64,000 nt of DNA, taken from contig JBBQUM010000029.1 of assembly GCA_038212445.1 (NCBI GenBank), positions 8,474 through 72,473 of the forward strand, given 5' to 3'. This document shows, in pieces, positions 46,082 to 55,237 of this stretch; position 1 is the stretch's first letter, and every line of letters starts with the position of its first letter. The stretch is from Bryobacterales bacterium. Its GTDB lineage: Bacteria > Acidobacteriota > Terriglobia > Bryobacterales > Bryobacteraceae. The notes under the pieces are model-generated. The model saw nothing but the letters and a program-made list of their open reading frames with translations, was not told where the DNA came from and made no database searches. A program made the translations under genes and the position numbers.

Positions 46082-47455
46082 ATGGCTGATACCGCCGTAA
46101 AGCTGCGTGTCTCAGAAAAGATCGGTTATGGATTCGGCGACGCGGCCGCCAACCTCGTCTTCCAGACGATGGTCATTGTCCAGCTGAGTTTCTACACCGA
46201 CACGTTCGGCATCAGCGCCGCCGCCGCCGGGACGCTCTTCCTTGTAGTCCGCATCTTCGACGCGATCTTCGACCCTCTGATGGGCGTGGCTGCCGACCGG
46301 ACTGTCACCCGCTGGGGGAAGTTCCGCCCTTGGATTCTATGGACCGCCGTCCCCTTCGGCCTCATGGCGTACCTCGCGTTCCGGACGCCTAATTTCAGCC
46401 CCGACGGCAAGCTCATTTATGCTTATGTCACCTACATCGGCCTGATGCTGATTTACTCAGCCAACAACATTCCCTACTCGGCTCTGAGCGGCGTGGTCAC
46501 CGGCGACCTCGGCGAGAGGACCAGCCTATCGAGTTACCGCTTCGTCCTCGCCATGCTCGCCCAGTTCGTAATCCAAGTCTTCGCCTTGCCCATGGTTCAC
46601 TACTTCGGCGGCGGCGATAGTGCCCTCGGCTATCAGATCACCATGGGCATCTTCGCGACGATGTGCGTCATCCTCTTCATCTTCTGTTTTGCCATGACGA
46701 AGGAGCGCATCCTGCCCGACCCCGGACACAAGTCATCCATCAAACAGGATTTTTTGGATCTCACACACAACGGCCCGTGGATCACTCTGTTCGTTGCCAC
46801 AATCTTCGTCTTCATTACTCTGTCCTTGCGCGGCGGCGTCATCCTGTACTACTTCAAATATTTCGTGAAGCGCGAGGATCTGTTCAGCTGGTTTAACGGC
46901 TTCGCACTCGCCGCCTCCATCTGCGGTATCGGCTTCTCCAAAGCCAGTGCGATGCGGTGGGGGAAACGCAACGTCTTTATGTGGGGCCTCGGCATCACTA
47001 CCGTGCTTACGGCGGTGTTTATGTTCATTCCGGCTGACGCCATACCAGTCATGTTTGCTGTGGAAATTCTTAGGAACTTCGCCTATGGCTTCACCATTCC
47101 TCTGCTCTGGGCAATGATGGCCGACGTTGCCGACTACGGCGAATGGCGCACCGGACGCCGCGCCACCGCGATCGTGTTTTCCGCGATCGTCTTCGGCCTC
47201 AAAGCCGGACTCGGCATCGGCGGCGCAATCGGCGGATGGCTACTCTCCAGCTACGGCTATGTCCCGAATGCCGCACAGACTCCCGAAGCCCTTCGCGGCA
47301 TCCAGCTTACCGCCAGCCTTTATCCCTCCATTCCATTCGCTATCGGTGTCCTCTGCCTCTTCCTCTACAAGATCGACAAGAAGTTGAACGTCCAAATCAC
47401 CGACGAACTAACTGAACGCCGGAAGAAATACGCGATTTCGCCCGCAACCTTATGA
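46082..47455 (+). CDS. glycoside-pentoside-hexuronide (GPH):cation symporter, MFS
   Basis: KIGYGFGDAAANLVFQ..., DAIFDPLMGVAADRT..WGKFRPW signature and 12 TM segments. Confidence 0.9.
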   Translation: MADTAVKLRVSEKIGYGFGDAAANLVFQTMVIVQLSFYTDTFGISAAAAGTLFLVVRIFDAIFDPLMGVAADRTVTRWGKFRPWILWTAVPFGLMAYLAFRTPNFSPDGKLIYAYVTYIGLMLIYSANNIPYSALSGVVTGDLGERTSLSSYRFVLAMLAQFVIQVFALPMVHYFGGGDSALGYQITMGIFATMCVILFIFCFAMTKERILPDPGHKSSIKQDFLDLTHNGPWITLFVATIFVFITLSLRGGVILYYFKYFVKREDLFSWFNGFALAASICGIGFSKASAMRWGKRNVFMWGLGITTVLTAVFMFIPADAIPVMFAVEILRNFAYGFTIPLLWAMMADVADYGEWRTGRRATAIVFSAIVFGLKAGLGIGGAIGGWLLSSYGYVPNAAQTPEALRGIQLTASLYPSIPFAIGVLCLFLYKIDKKLNVQITDELTERRKKYAISPATL

Positions 47456-48555
47456 TTCGCTCACGTACTTTTCTCATCGCAACCGTCGCCTGCGCCTCGT
47501 TAGCCGCGCAGACCACACTGAAGGACGCGTACAAGAGCTCCTTCCGCATCGGCACCGCCCTGAATCAGGCTCAGTTTTCTGAGATCGATAAGCGTGGCGC
47601 CGCAATCGCTAAATCCCAGTTCAACGCCATCACGCCGGAGAACGTCCTGAAGTGGGAACTGGTGCATCCCGAACCTGCGCGCTATGCCTTCGACGCTCCC
47701 GATCGTTACGTGAAGTTCGGCGAAGACAACGGCATGTTCATCGTCGGCCATACGCTGGTGTGGCACAGCCAGGTCCCGAAATGGGTCTTCCAGGATGATC
47801 ATGGCGAACCCGCGACCCGTGAGTTTCTACTCAATCGCATGCGCGATCACATCCGCACCGTCGTCGGCCGGTACAAGGGCCGCATCAAAGGTTGGGACGT
47901 AGTCAATGAAGCGCTCAATGAAGACGGTACCCTGCGCGAGAGTCCCTGGTTCAAGATCATCGGACCCGACTTCATCGCCAAGGCATTTGAATTCGCCCAC
48001 GAGGCCGATCCCACGGCCGAACTCTACTACAACGACTATTCCCTCGAGAATCCCGCAAAATGCGCCGGCGCCGTCGCCCTCGTCCGCAAACTGAAAGCAC
48101 AAGGCGTATTCATTACCGGCATTGGCTCACAGGGGCACAACCACATGGATTCCCCCACCATCGAACGGCTGGACGCTTCCCTTACTGCCTTCGCTGAACT
48201 CGGAGTGAAGGTGATGATCACTGAACTCGATGTCGATATTCTGCCGTCCGTCGGACAATATCGCGGAGCCGACGTCGCGCATCGCGAGGACTTGCAGGAG
48301 AAGCTGAACCCTTACGCCAAGGGTTTACCCGAACCCGTTTCGCAAGCGCTCGCCAAGCGCTACGCCGACCTGTTCGCTGTCTACCTGAAACATCGCGACG
48401 TTGTCAGCCGCGTCACGTTCTGGGGTGTGACCAACGCCGACTCGTGGCTCAACAACTGGCCCATCCGCGGGCGCACCAGCTATCCGCTATTGTTTGATCG
48501 CGAGGGCAAGCCGGCGCCCGCCTTTGACGCTGTCATCGCCGCCGCGAAAAAATAG
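47452..48555 (+). CDS. endo-1,4-beta-xylanase (GH10)
   Basis: Signal peptide. FNAITPENVLKW, GHTLVWHSQ, WDVVNEA (acid/base Glu) and ITELDV (nucleophile Glu). Confidence 0.95.
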   Translation: MIRSRTFLIATVACASLAAQTTLKDAYKSSFRIGTALNQAQFSEIDKRGAAIAKSQFNAITPENVLKWELVHPEPARYAFDAPDRYVKFGEDNGMFIVGHTLVWHSQVPKWVFQDDHGEPATREFLLNRMRDHIRTVVGRYKGRIKGWDVVNEALNEDGTLRESPWFKIIGPDFIAKAFEFAHEADPTAELYYNDYSLENPAKCAGAVALVRKLKAQGVFITGIGSQGHNHMDSPTIERLDASLTAFAELGVKVMITELDVDILPSVGQYRGADVAHREDLQEKLNPYAKGLPEPVSQALAKRYADLFAVYLKHRDVVSRVTFWGVTNADSWLNNWPIRGRTSYPLLFDREGKPAPAFDAVIAAAKK

Positions 48556-48562
48556 ATCGCCG

Positions 48563-48982
48563 TCAGGCGCGGCCCCACCGGTTAATGGCATTCTCGCCGG
48601 CTAACTCTTCGATCTCTTTGTTGGCAGCGTGATTCCACTCGGTGAGCGCACGTTCCTTCAATCGTTCCAGGATCTTCACGTCGCGATCCGCAGCCAGCAC
48701 GCAGGCATTCTGCTGCGTAAGCGCCGCATTCAATTCCACACGACGCTGCTCCAGCCGCGCCTGGTCGCGATATAGGCGATCCAGGTACTGCTGCAGCGCT
48801 GCCAGTTCCGCCCCTGTCGGATCGGCCGGACATCCTTCGACCATCGCGGCGTGGATCTGAGAAATGCCGAGCGTCACCTGGTTCAAGTCGTAACGTAGCC
48901 GCTGCTGTTTCGTCAGTTCGAGCTCAAGCTTGTGCTGGCGCCACTCGAGCACACGCTGCAATCGGAATTGGAAGCCCTTCAA
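48563..48982 (-). CDS. fliJ: flagellar export protein FliJ
   Basis: Coiled-coil protein of 139 aa starting FRLQRVLEWRQHKLE..., positioned directly after fliI. Confidence 0.7.
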   Translation of the reverse strand: MKGFQFRLQRVLEWRQHKLELELTKQQRLRYDLNQVTLGISQIHAAMVEGCPADPTGAELAALQQYLDRLYRDQARLEQRRVELNAALTQQNACVLAADRDVKILERLKERALTEWNHAANKEIEELAGENAINRWGRA

Positions 48983-48995
48983 ACATCACCCCGAA

Positions 48996-50324
48996 TCAGG
49001 CGAGTGCCGCTGCGACGTTTGAGAGATTGCCCAGCGTCTGCTCAATTGGCGAATATTCGGCGGAGTCCTGGCGCAGGAAATCCAGGATCCGGTCACGCGT
49101 GGCAATACTCAAATCCAAGCGGGGATTCGCGCCGCTGACGTGCGCACCCAGGTTGATGAGATCCGACGCGCGATCGTACTCGCTCATCGCCTGCCGCACC
49201 CGGCGGATCGCTTCCCCCTGCGGCTTGTCGGCGATGGTCGAGCTCAACCGGCTCACCGAACTGAGTACATCGATGGCTGGATAGTGCCCGGAGTCACCCA
49301 GGTGCCGCGACAGAATGATGTGTCCGTCGAGAATGCCGCGCACGGCGTCGCAGATCGGCTCGTTGAAATCATCCCCCTCCACCAGGACCGTGAAGAAGCC
49401 CGTGATCGAACCGTTCGGAAAATTGCCCGCGCGCTCAAATACCTTCGGCAGCAACGCGAACACCGACGGCGTGTAGCCTTTTTGACTCGGAGGCTCGCCT
49501 CCAGCCAGCCCAATCTCTCGCTGCGCCATCGCCAGCCGGGTAACCGAGTCCATCACCATCAGGACACTTTTCCCTTGATCTCGGAAATACTCGGCGATCG
49601 TCAACGCCACAAAGCAAGCCCGGACTCGCAGTGGTGCCGGCTGATCCGACGTCGCCACCACTACTACTGATCGCTTCATGCCCTCTTCGCCGAGTTCATG
49701 TTCGAGAAAGGCGCGAACCTCGCGATTGCGCTCGCCGATCAAGGCGATCACAGACACGTCAGCGGAGTTACGCCGCGACATGGCGCCCAGCAGCGTGCTC
49801 TTGCCCACGCCGCTACCGCCAAAGATGCCGATGCGCTGCCCCTTCCCGCAGGGTAGAATCCCGTCAATCGCCCGAATCCCCGTCACCAGGCGTTCAGAAA
49901 TGTGCTCGCGATCGAGCGGGCTCGGCGCCGCCGTGAACAGCGGGTACGACCCGGCGGTGTCCATCACCGGACCACCGTCAATCGGACGCCCAAAGCCATC
50001 CAGTACCCGTCCAAGCAAACCCTCGCCAACTGATAGCCGCGCCTCATTCGGTCGCGCCACTACCGCGTCGCCAGGCTGAAGACCATCGGAATGCTCCAAA
50101 GGCATCGACAGTACACGGCCGCCGCGAAATCCAATTACCTGCGACCGGATCACATGCCCCGACGAGGTTCGGATCTCTACAAAATCCCCCATCGCCGCTG
50201 CCGGACCGTCCGATTCAATCAGCAATCCGATCACGTCCGTCACTTTGCCCACCCAGGGCAGCAGGTCAATGTGGGGAAGGGCGTCCACGTAACTGCCGAG
50301 CGTTACCGGTTCCATGGTTTGCAT
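48996..50324 (-). CDS. fliI: flagellum-specific ATPase
   Basis: Walker A GGSGVGKSTLLG, Walker B VLMVMDSVTR, F1-beta-like fold. Confidence 0.95.
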   Translation of the reverse strand: MQTMEPVTLGSYVDALPHIDLLPWVGKVTDVIGLLIESDGPAAAMGDFVEIRTSSGHVIRSQVIGFRGGRVLSMPLEHSDGLQPGDAVVARPNEARLSVGEGLLGRVLDGFGRPIDGGPVMDTAGSYPLFTAAPSPLDREHISERLVTGIRAIDGILPCGKGQRIGIFGGSGVGKSTLLGAMSRRNSADVSVIALIGERNREVRAFLEHELGEEGMKRSVVVVATSDQPAPLRVRACFVALTIAEYFRDQGKSVLMVMDSVTRLAMAQREIGLAGGEPPSQKGYTPSVFALLPKVFERAGNFPNGSITGFFTVLVEGDDFNEPICDAVRGILDGHIILSRHLGDSGHYPAIDVLSSVSRLSSTIADKPQGEAIRRVRQAMSEYDRASDLINLGAHVSGANPRLDLSIATRDRILDFLRQDSAEYSPIEQTLGNLSNVAAALA

Positions 50325-50326
50325 AA

Positions 50327-51004
50327 TTATTTGGCCAACCGGTCTGCGAAACCGCGTTCGATTTCCTTGAGTTGCGTCTCTACCGATGAGTCCACCGCGC
50401 CCTTTTCGGTCTCAAATAGAATTTGCCAAGGCTGTAGCGACGAATCCGCCACTACCTTCAATGGCCGTCCGCTCAATCTCTCGACGCACAAGCTCACTGT
50501 CGCCACTTGATCAGGAGACACGCGCACTTGCGACAGTTCAGATCGCTCGATCTTCTCGAGCGCTGCCTTCAGCAATCCCTGGATGCTGGTCGGATCCACC
50601 ATTAGCTCGCGATTCAGAATTCGACGCGCAATCGCAATCGAGAGCCGCACCAGTTCGGCTTCAGCGTCGCGCCGGATCCGCGTGCGCTGCGTCGCCAGCG
50701 ACCCCAGCATGTTCGTGAGCCGCTCGAGCATGGGCTGCAACTGTGCCGCTGCCTGTTCCTGCGCGCGCCGCTCACCCTCGCCTAGACCCTCCGCAAAAGC
50801 CGCTCGCCGGATCTCGTCAACGTTGATCGCGGGAGCGCTCGGACGCTCTGCCTCAGGCTGCGGAACCAGCGTCGCCGCCGATTTCGCCTGCACCTGGCTG
50901 GATGACCCCTCCGCTTGCCGCCACTTTACCGGCCGGGCGCGCAGTGCCATCTCAGGCGGCAGTACATTACTCGACATATTCGTCGTCGCCGCGTCCCGGC
51001 GCAC
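50327..51004 (-). CDS. fliH: flagellar assembly protein FliH
   Basis: Position between fliG and fliI, with a charged helical region (AFAEGLGEGERRAQEQAAAQ) and a C-terminal FliH/YscL-like domain. Start uncertain (GTG 51004, ATG 50977 or ATG 50950). Confidence 0.7.
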   Translation of the reverse strand: MRRDAATTNMSSNVLPPEMALRARPVKWRQAEGSSSQVQAKSAATLVPQPEAERPSAPAINVDEIRRAAFAEGLGEGERRAQEQAAAQLQPMLERLTNMLGSLATQRTRIRRDAEAELVRLSIAIARRILNRELMVDPTSIQGLLKAALEKIERSELSQVRVSPDQVATVSLCVERLSGRPLKVVADSSLQPWQILFETEKGAVDSSVETQLKEIERGFADRLAK

Positions 51005-52031
51005 TCAGTACGCCGTCTGCCTGCAACATCCGCACCACATTGATAATCTGCCGCTGCGCCCCGTCCACGTCCTTGATCTTGATGGCGCCCATGGCTTCCA
51101 TGTCCTCGCGCATCATGTCGGCGCCGCGTTGCGACAGGCAACCAAAGAAATGTTCCTTCAAGGCTTCCGTCGTCCCCTTCAGCGCCACCGTCAGAACCTT
51201 CCGGTCCACCTTGGCGATCAGTTCCTTGATGCCCTTGGAGTCGATGCCCAGCAAGTCCTCGAACACGAACATGCATTCACGGATCTGCTCTTCCAGGCCT
51301 TCCTTCTGCTCGCGGACTTCGGTCAGAACTTCTTCACACAGCGCCGGGTCCATCGCGTTCAACATCTCAGCCGCGCTTCTTACTCCGCCGATCGTGCCGG
51401 TCTTTTTGATCTCGCCGAGTGATTTCACCCGTTCAGTGAGGACGCTGGCAACTTTACGAATGACATCCTCTGAAACGTTATCGAGCGTCGCCAGCCGAAC
51501 CACGACTTTCGCACGCAATTTCTGATCCAGCGTCGAAAGCAGGGCCGCTCCCTGCTCCTTGCCTACATAGGAGAGGATGATCGCAATGGTCTGCGGATGT
51601 TCGTTCTTGATCAGTTTGGCTAGCTGTTTCGGGTTCGTCTGCCGCAGCGATTCTGACTCGTCACGCAATTCATCCGGCTCGAGTGAAAGCTCGGTTGCAA
51701 TGCGCCCGCTCTCTTCGCGGCCAAATGCGCTTGTCAGCATCCGCTTGGCATAGTCGGCGCCTCCGCGATGCGGATAACCGTGGGCAACCACGGTCGTCTC
51801 GTAGAATTCCTCGATTACGGCCTGTGCCTGCGGCGGCGTGATGAGATGCAAATCCGCGATGGCTCGCGTGACGGCTTTTAACTCGTCCCCAGTAAGCAGC
51901 TTGATCACCGGCGCGCTCGCCTGTTCACCCAGGGTGACCAACAGGATGGCTGCTTTTTGTGAGCCGCTGAGTTCCACCACCGCCGGTACTGACGTCGTTG
52001 CTGTTGCCGGAGCTTCGGCGATCATGTTCAT
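50967..52031 (-). CDS. fliG: flagellar motor switch protein FliG
   Basis: GSQKAAILLVTLGE, the MFVFEDL motif and the C-terminal torque-helix region. Confidence 0.95.
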   Translation of the reverse strand: MNMIAEAPATATTSVPAVVELSGSQKAAILLVTLGEQASAPVIKLLTGDELKAVTRAIADLHLITPPQAQAVIEEFYETTVVAHGYPHRGGADYAKRMLTSAFGREESGRIATELSLEPDELRDESESLRQTNPKQLAKLIKNEHPQTIAIILSYVGKEQGAALLSTLDQKLRAKVVVRLATLDNVSEDVIRKVASVLTERVKSLGEIKKTGTIGGVRSAAEMLNAMDPALCEEVLTEVREQKEGLEEQIRECMFVFEDLLGIDSKGIKELIAKVDRKVLTVALKGTTEALKEHFFGCLSQRGADMMREDMEAMGAIKIKDVDGAQRQIINVVRMLQADGVLSAPGRGDDEYVE

Positions 52032-53671
52032 TTCGATACCTCTTCAGCCAGCCAGTTGCGCAACACTCCGGCGTAGAGGTTGGCATCCTGGACGGCCCCA
52101 GTTCGGAGCTTTCCAGTCAGAACTTCCAAGCGGCTCGCCGCAATCGCCGGATGCTGGAGTTTGTCCAGGCTCGAGGCGAGTTCGGCAAGATCCTCGCCGC
52201 TCTCCACCGCTACGGCTTCCGTTGCAGGCGGTAGTTCATGTCCAGTCGGCTCGGAAATGATCGCCACCCGCGAGCGGCTCTTGCGCATCCGCGTCACGAT
52301 AAATCCAAGCAGCCCCAGAACCACAAGCACCGCGGCGGCGAGGGTCCCAATAACGCGCGGCGACTTCAGTTGATCCATCAGCGTCTGCGGTGAAGGCGCA
52401 ACCGGAGCGGCCACCTCGGGTTGTTCTGAATTCAACGTGGACTCAAACGGCAGACTTTCGACAATCAGTTGATCCCCGCGTTCGGTTGAAATGCCGATCG
52501 CTGCGGCAAGCACGTCGTGGATGGTCTTGATGCGTTCCGCCGGCACTGGCACCAGCACCTTGCGCGCCTTGGGACCGCTGCCTTCCCAACGCGCCGTCTG
52601 GTCCAACAGCACCGCTACCGATACCTTCTTCACCGTTCCCTGGGGAAGCTTTGTGTGCTTCACGCTGCGGCTGCTCTGATAGTTGATCTGCTCGGTGCGA
52701 TTGTTAACGCCGCTTTCACTGCCGTTCTTTGACGGCGGACGCGGCAGATTCGAGGCCACTCCCGGCAGTCCGCCTGCCATAACGGATGTCTGGCTTTGCT
52801 CGCTGCGCTGTGAGCTTGTCATTACCGACTTGCTTGGGTCAAACGTCTCCTCGCTTTGTTCCCCGCTGGTCATGTCGCACTCTACTGATGCGGCCGCGCG
52901 GAAACGATCACCGCCCAGCAGCGGATCGAGAGTGGCGTTTACCTTCGCGACAATGTCCTTCTCGATCTTCTGCCGGTACTCCATCGCCGCCTCGGAGTCC
53001 GGAGACCCGTCCGCGGCCAGTCGCGACCTTTGACGGCTCAGCAGATTTCCATGCATGTCCATCACCGAGACGTTCTCCGGCGACAAACCCTCCACCGCGC
53101 TCGCTACCAGGTTCGTGATGCCCGTGACGCTGTTATTTTCAAGCTTGGCGCCCATCCTGAGTTTCAGTAGGACGCTGGCTTTGGCGTTCTGCTTTGACTC
53201 AGTGAATACCGAATCCTTGGGGAAAGTCAGGTGGACTCGCGCCTGTTCAACCGCTGCCACCGATGTCACTGTCCGTTCAAGCTCTCCTTCGAGCGCCCGC
53301 CGGTAATTGACATGTTCGGTAAACTCCGTCATCCCGAAGTTCGTCTTGTCGAAGAGTTCAAAACCAATGCGGCCTGTCTTGGGGATGCCTGCCGACGCCA
53401 TTTCAAGCCGCAATTCGGCCAGCCGCGACGCGGGCACCTGCACCGTCGCACCGTTGTCGATGATCCGGTACTCGGTGCTCGACTCGCGCAGTTTCTGTAC
53501 TACCGCGCCGGCATCTTCGGCCGCCAGGCCCGTATAGAGCGGTTTGAAATTTCTGTCGTGCTGCCAGATCGAAAAGAAATACAGTCCGGCAACAATCGCC
53601 AACGCGACCGTGCCTATCATCCATCTTTGGCGTACTGGAATCGCCCTCAATATTTTCTGGAATTGCTGCAT
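52028..53671 (-). CDS. fliF: flagellar M-ring protein FliF
   Basis: N-terminal TM, LYTGL...AGIPK..G.GFELFD motifs, second TM near the C-terminus. Confidence 0.95.
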   Translation of the reverse strand: MQQFQKILRAIPVRQRWMIGTVALAIVAGLYFFSIWQHDRNFKPLYTGLAAEDAGAVVQKLRESSTEYRIIDNGATVQVPASRLAELRLEMASAGIPKTGRIGFELFDKTNFGMTEFTEHVNYRRALEGELERTVTSVAAVEQARVHLTFPKDSVFTESKQNAKASVLLKLRMGAKLENNSVTGITNLVASAVEGLSPENVSVMDMHGNLLSRQRSRLAADGSPDSEAAMEYRQKIEKDIVAKVNATLDPLLGGDRFRAAASVECDMTSGEQSEETFDPSKSVMTSSQRSEQSQTSVMAGGLPGVASNLPRPPSKNGSESGVNNRTEQINYQSSRSVKHTKLPQGTVKKVSVAVLLDQTARWEGSGPKARKVLVPVPAERIKTIHDVLAAAIGISTERGDQLIVESLPFESTLNSEQPEVAAPVAPSPQTLMDQLKSPRVIGTLAAAVLVVLGLLGFIVTRMRKSRSRVAIISEPTGHELPPATEAVAVESGEDLAELASSLDKLQHPAIAASRLEVLTGKLRTGAVQDANLYAGVLRNWLAEEVSK

Positions 53672-53696
53672 GTTGGGGGTCGAGTGTCAGGTTAGA

Positions 53697-53999
53697 TCAG
53701 ACCTGCATCCTCATGATCTCCTGGTATGCGGAAACAACTTTGTTGCGAATCTGTAGAGTCAGGTCCAGCTCGAGTTCTGCCCTCTGCGTGGCCAGTGCCA
53801 CGGTGTGGAGTTCCTCGTTGTCGCCGGAGATGAAATCCTTGGCCATCTGCTCGGCGCCCGCCCGCGAACTCTCTACCCGCCCGATGGCGCTTTCGAGAAA
53901 GTTCTTGAAGTCCCCGGTCTTACCTGCCGTCTCACTCGCTGGAGACGCTGCCGGTATCGGGATTTGAGGAATCGCGCCGCTAATGCTTGAAATTGACAT
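53697..53999 (-). CDS. fliE: flagellar hook-basal body complex protein FliE
   Basis: 100 aa with FKNFLESAIGRV...LHTVALATQRAELELDLTLQIRNKVVSAYQEIMRMQV. Confidence 0.9.
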   Translation of the reverse strand: MSISSISGAIPQIPIPAASPASETAGKTGDFKNFLESAIGRVESSRAGAEQMAKDFISGDNEELHTVALATQRAELELDLTLQIRNKVVSAYQEIMRMQV

Positions 54000-54003
54000 G
54001 AAT

Positions 54004-54438
54004 TTACCGGAACAAGTCGATCGACTTCTGAATCATGTCTTTTACCGCGCTCACCGCCGAGACATTCGCCTGGTAGCTGCGCGACGCGCCCATCAGGTCC
54101 ACCATATCTTCCGCTGGATTCATCCGCGGTACCGCCACGTACCCGCTTTTGTCGGCGTCCGGATGGCCGGGCAGGTAGCGCAACTCAGGATCTCGCGTGT
54201 CCGTCACAATTTCAGAGACACGCACTCCGGGCGCACTGCTCATTTGATTGGACAGAATCGACTGGAACGAGCCTTCTGTGGAAGAGGAACTGAAGACCAC
54301 GTCCTTGCGCCGGTACGGACCGCCCTCTGGGGTGCGTGTGGTGTCTGAATTCGCCAGGTTTTCCACCAGGACCTCAGCGCGCATTCTCTGGGCCGACATC
54401 CCGGAGGCGCTCACCGATAGCGACGAGAAAAGGCTCAT
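54004..54438 (-). CDS. flgC: flagellar basal-body rod protein FlgC
   Basis: SASGMSAQRMRAEVLVENLANSDTTRT and C-terminal YQANVSAV. Confidence 0.95.
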   Translation of the reverse strand: MSLFSSLSVSASGMSAQRMRAEVLVENLANSDTTRTPEGGPYRRKDVVFSSSSTEGSFQSILSNQMSSAPGVRVSEIVTDTRDPELRYLPGHPDADKSGYVAVPRMNPAEDMVDLMGASRSYQANVSAVSAVKDMIQKSIDLFR

Positions 54439-54788
54439 GCGGATTTCCCTTCGTCAATGGCTGCTCGTACCGCTCGCAATTCGGCCTTGGCGAGGTTCGT
54501 AGCCACGCTGAATCGCATGGCGTTTTCAGCCAGCATGCGGGCTTCGCGATCGATGCTGACGTTGTTGCCATCGTTGCGCGCCGCCAGTCCAGACGCTTCC
54601 ACCACCGCCGGACTACCCGTCAGCGACTGGAACTGCGACCGGAAATCGAGATCCTTGGTCTTGTAGCCGGGAGTGTCGGCGTTGGCGATGTTCGACGCCA
54701 CCAGCTTTTGACGAGCGCTCAGCAGCGTCATGTAACGCTCAATCGGCGCAGCCGTGTTCTCAATCATGATGAGCGCAGTGGTGCACAT
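54435..54788 (-). CDS. flgB: flagellar basal-body rod protein FlgB
   Basis: RQKLVASNIANADTPGYK motif. First gene of the flgB-fliJ block. Confidence 0.9.
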   Translation of the reverse strand: MCTTALIMIENTAAPIERYMTLLSARQKLVASNIANADTPGYKTKDLDFRSQFQSLTGSPAVVEASGLAARNDGNNVSIDREARMLAENAMRFSVATNLAKAELRAVRAAIDEGKSA

Positions 54789-54910
54789 CTGCAGCCATCT
54801 CTAAGTTGCTGGTTTTGAAGTAGGGTTTTGCCTTAGACGCGTCGTGTTTCAGACGGTAAGGCGTCGAATTCTCGACGGGGGAGTGAAACGGGTCTCGCGA
54901 CGCTTCACGA

Positions 54911-55237
54911 TCAGCCTTGCAGATTCAGGGCCGGACGCGGCGGTGGCATGCGGTAAACCTTCGCAGTGTCGATCCGCTCCACTTCCACCCGGGTTTGCTC
55001 GCGAATGCTTCTCACCGACACTCGCGCCCACTCGAGCAGAGACATCAGATCGCCATGGATGAACGCCTGTTCGTCCTCGGCCAGATCGGCCCAATTCCGC
55101 GCGACATTCGCGGACAAATGGCGCAGCAGATCCTGCGCCGCCGGAAAGTCATGCGACTCCACGCAAAAGCGGAAGGCCGAAGCCTCCGCCTGAAAACGCC
55201 GGACTATCGCGCTAGTTGCTGGATCTTGCGGCATCAC
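54911..55237 (-). CDS. hypothetical helical protein in the fliS/fliT position
   Basis: 108-aa ORF overlapping the fliD stop by 26 nt, with a charged helical composition. The FliS signature was not recognised. Confidence 0.4.
   Translation of the reverse strand: MMPQDPATSAIVRRFQAEASAFRFCVESHDFPAAQDLLRHLSANVARNWADLAEDEQAFIHGDLMSLLEWARVSVRSIREQTRVEVERIDTAKVYRMPPPRPALNLQG

Noticed and set aside
50583-51422. 279-aa plus-strand ORF (and similar ORFs at 15805-16575, 16999-17880, 18052-18906, 24400-25251, 27644-28333, 35695-36555, 37953-38723, 44209-44958)
   Set aside because: All lie antisense to confidently assigned genes and show GC-skewed artefact composition.
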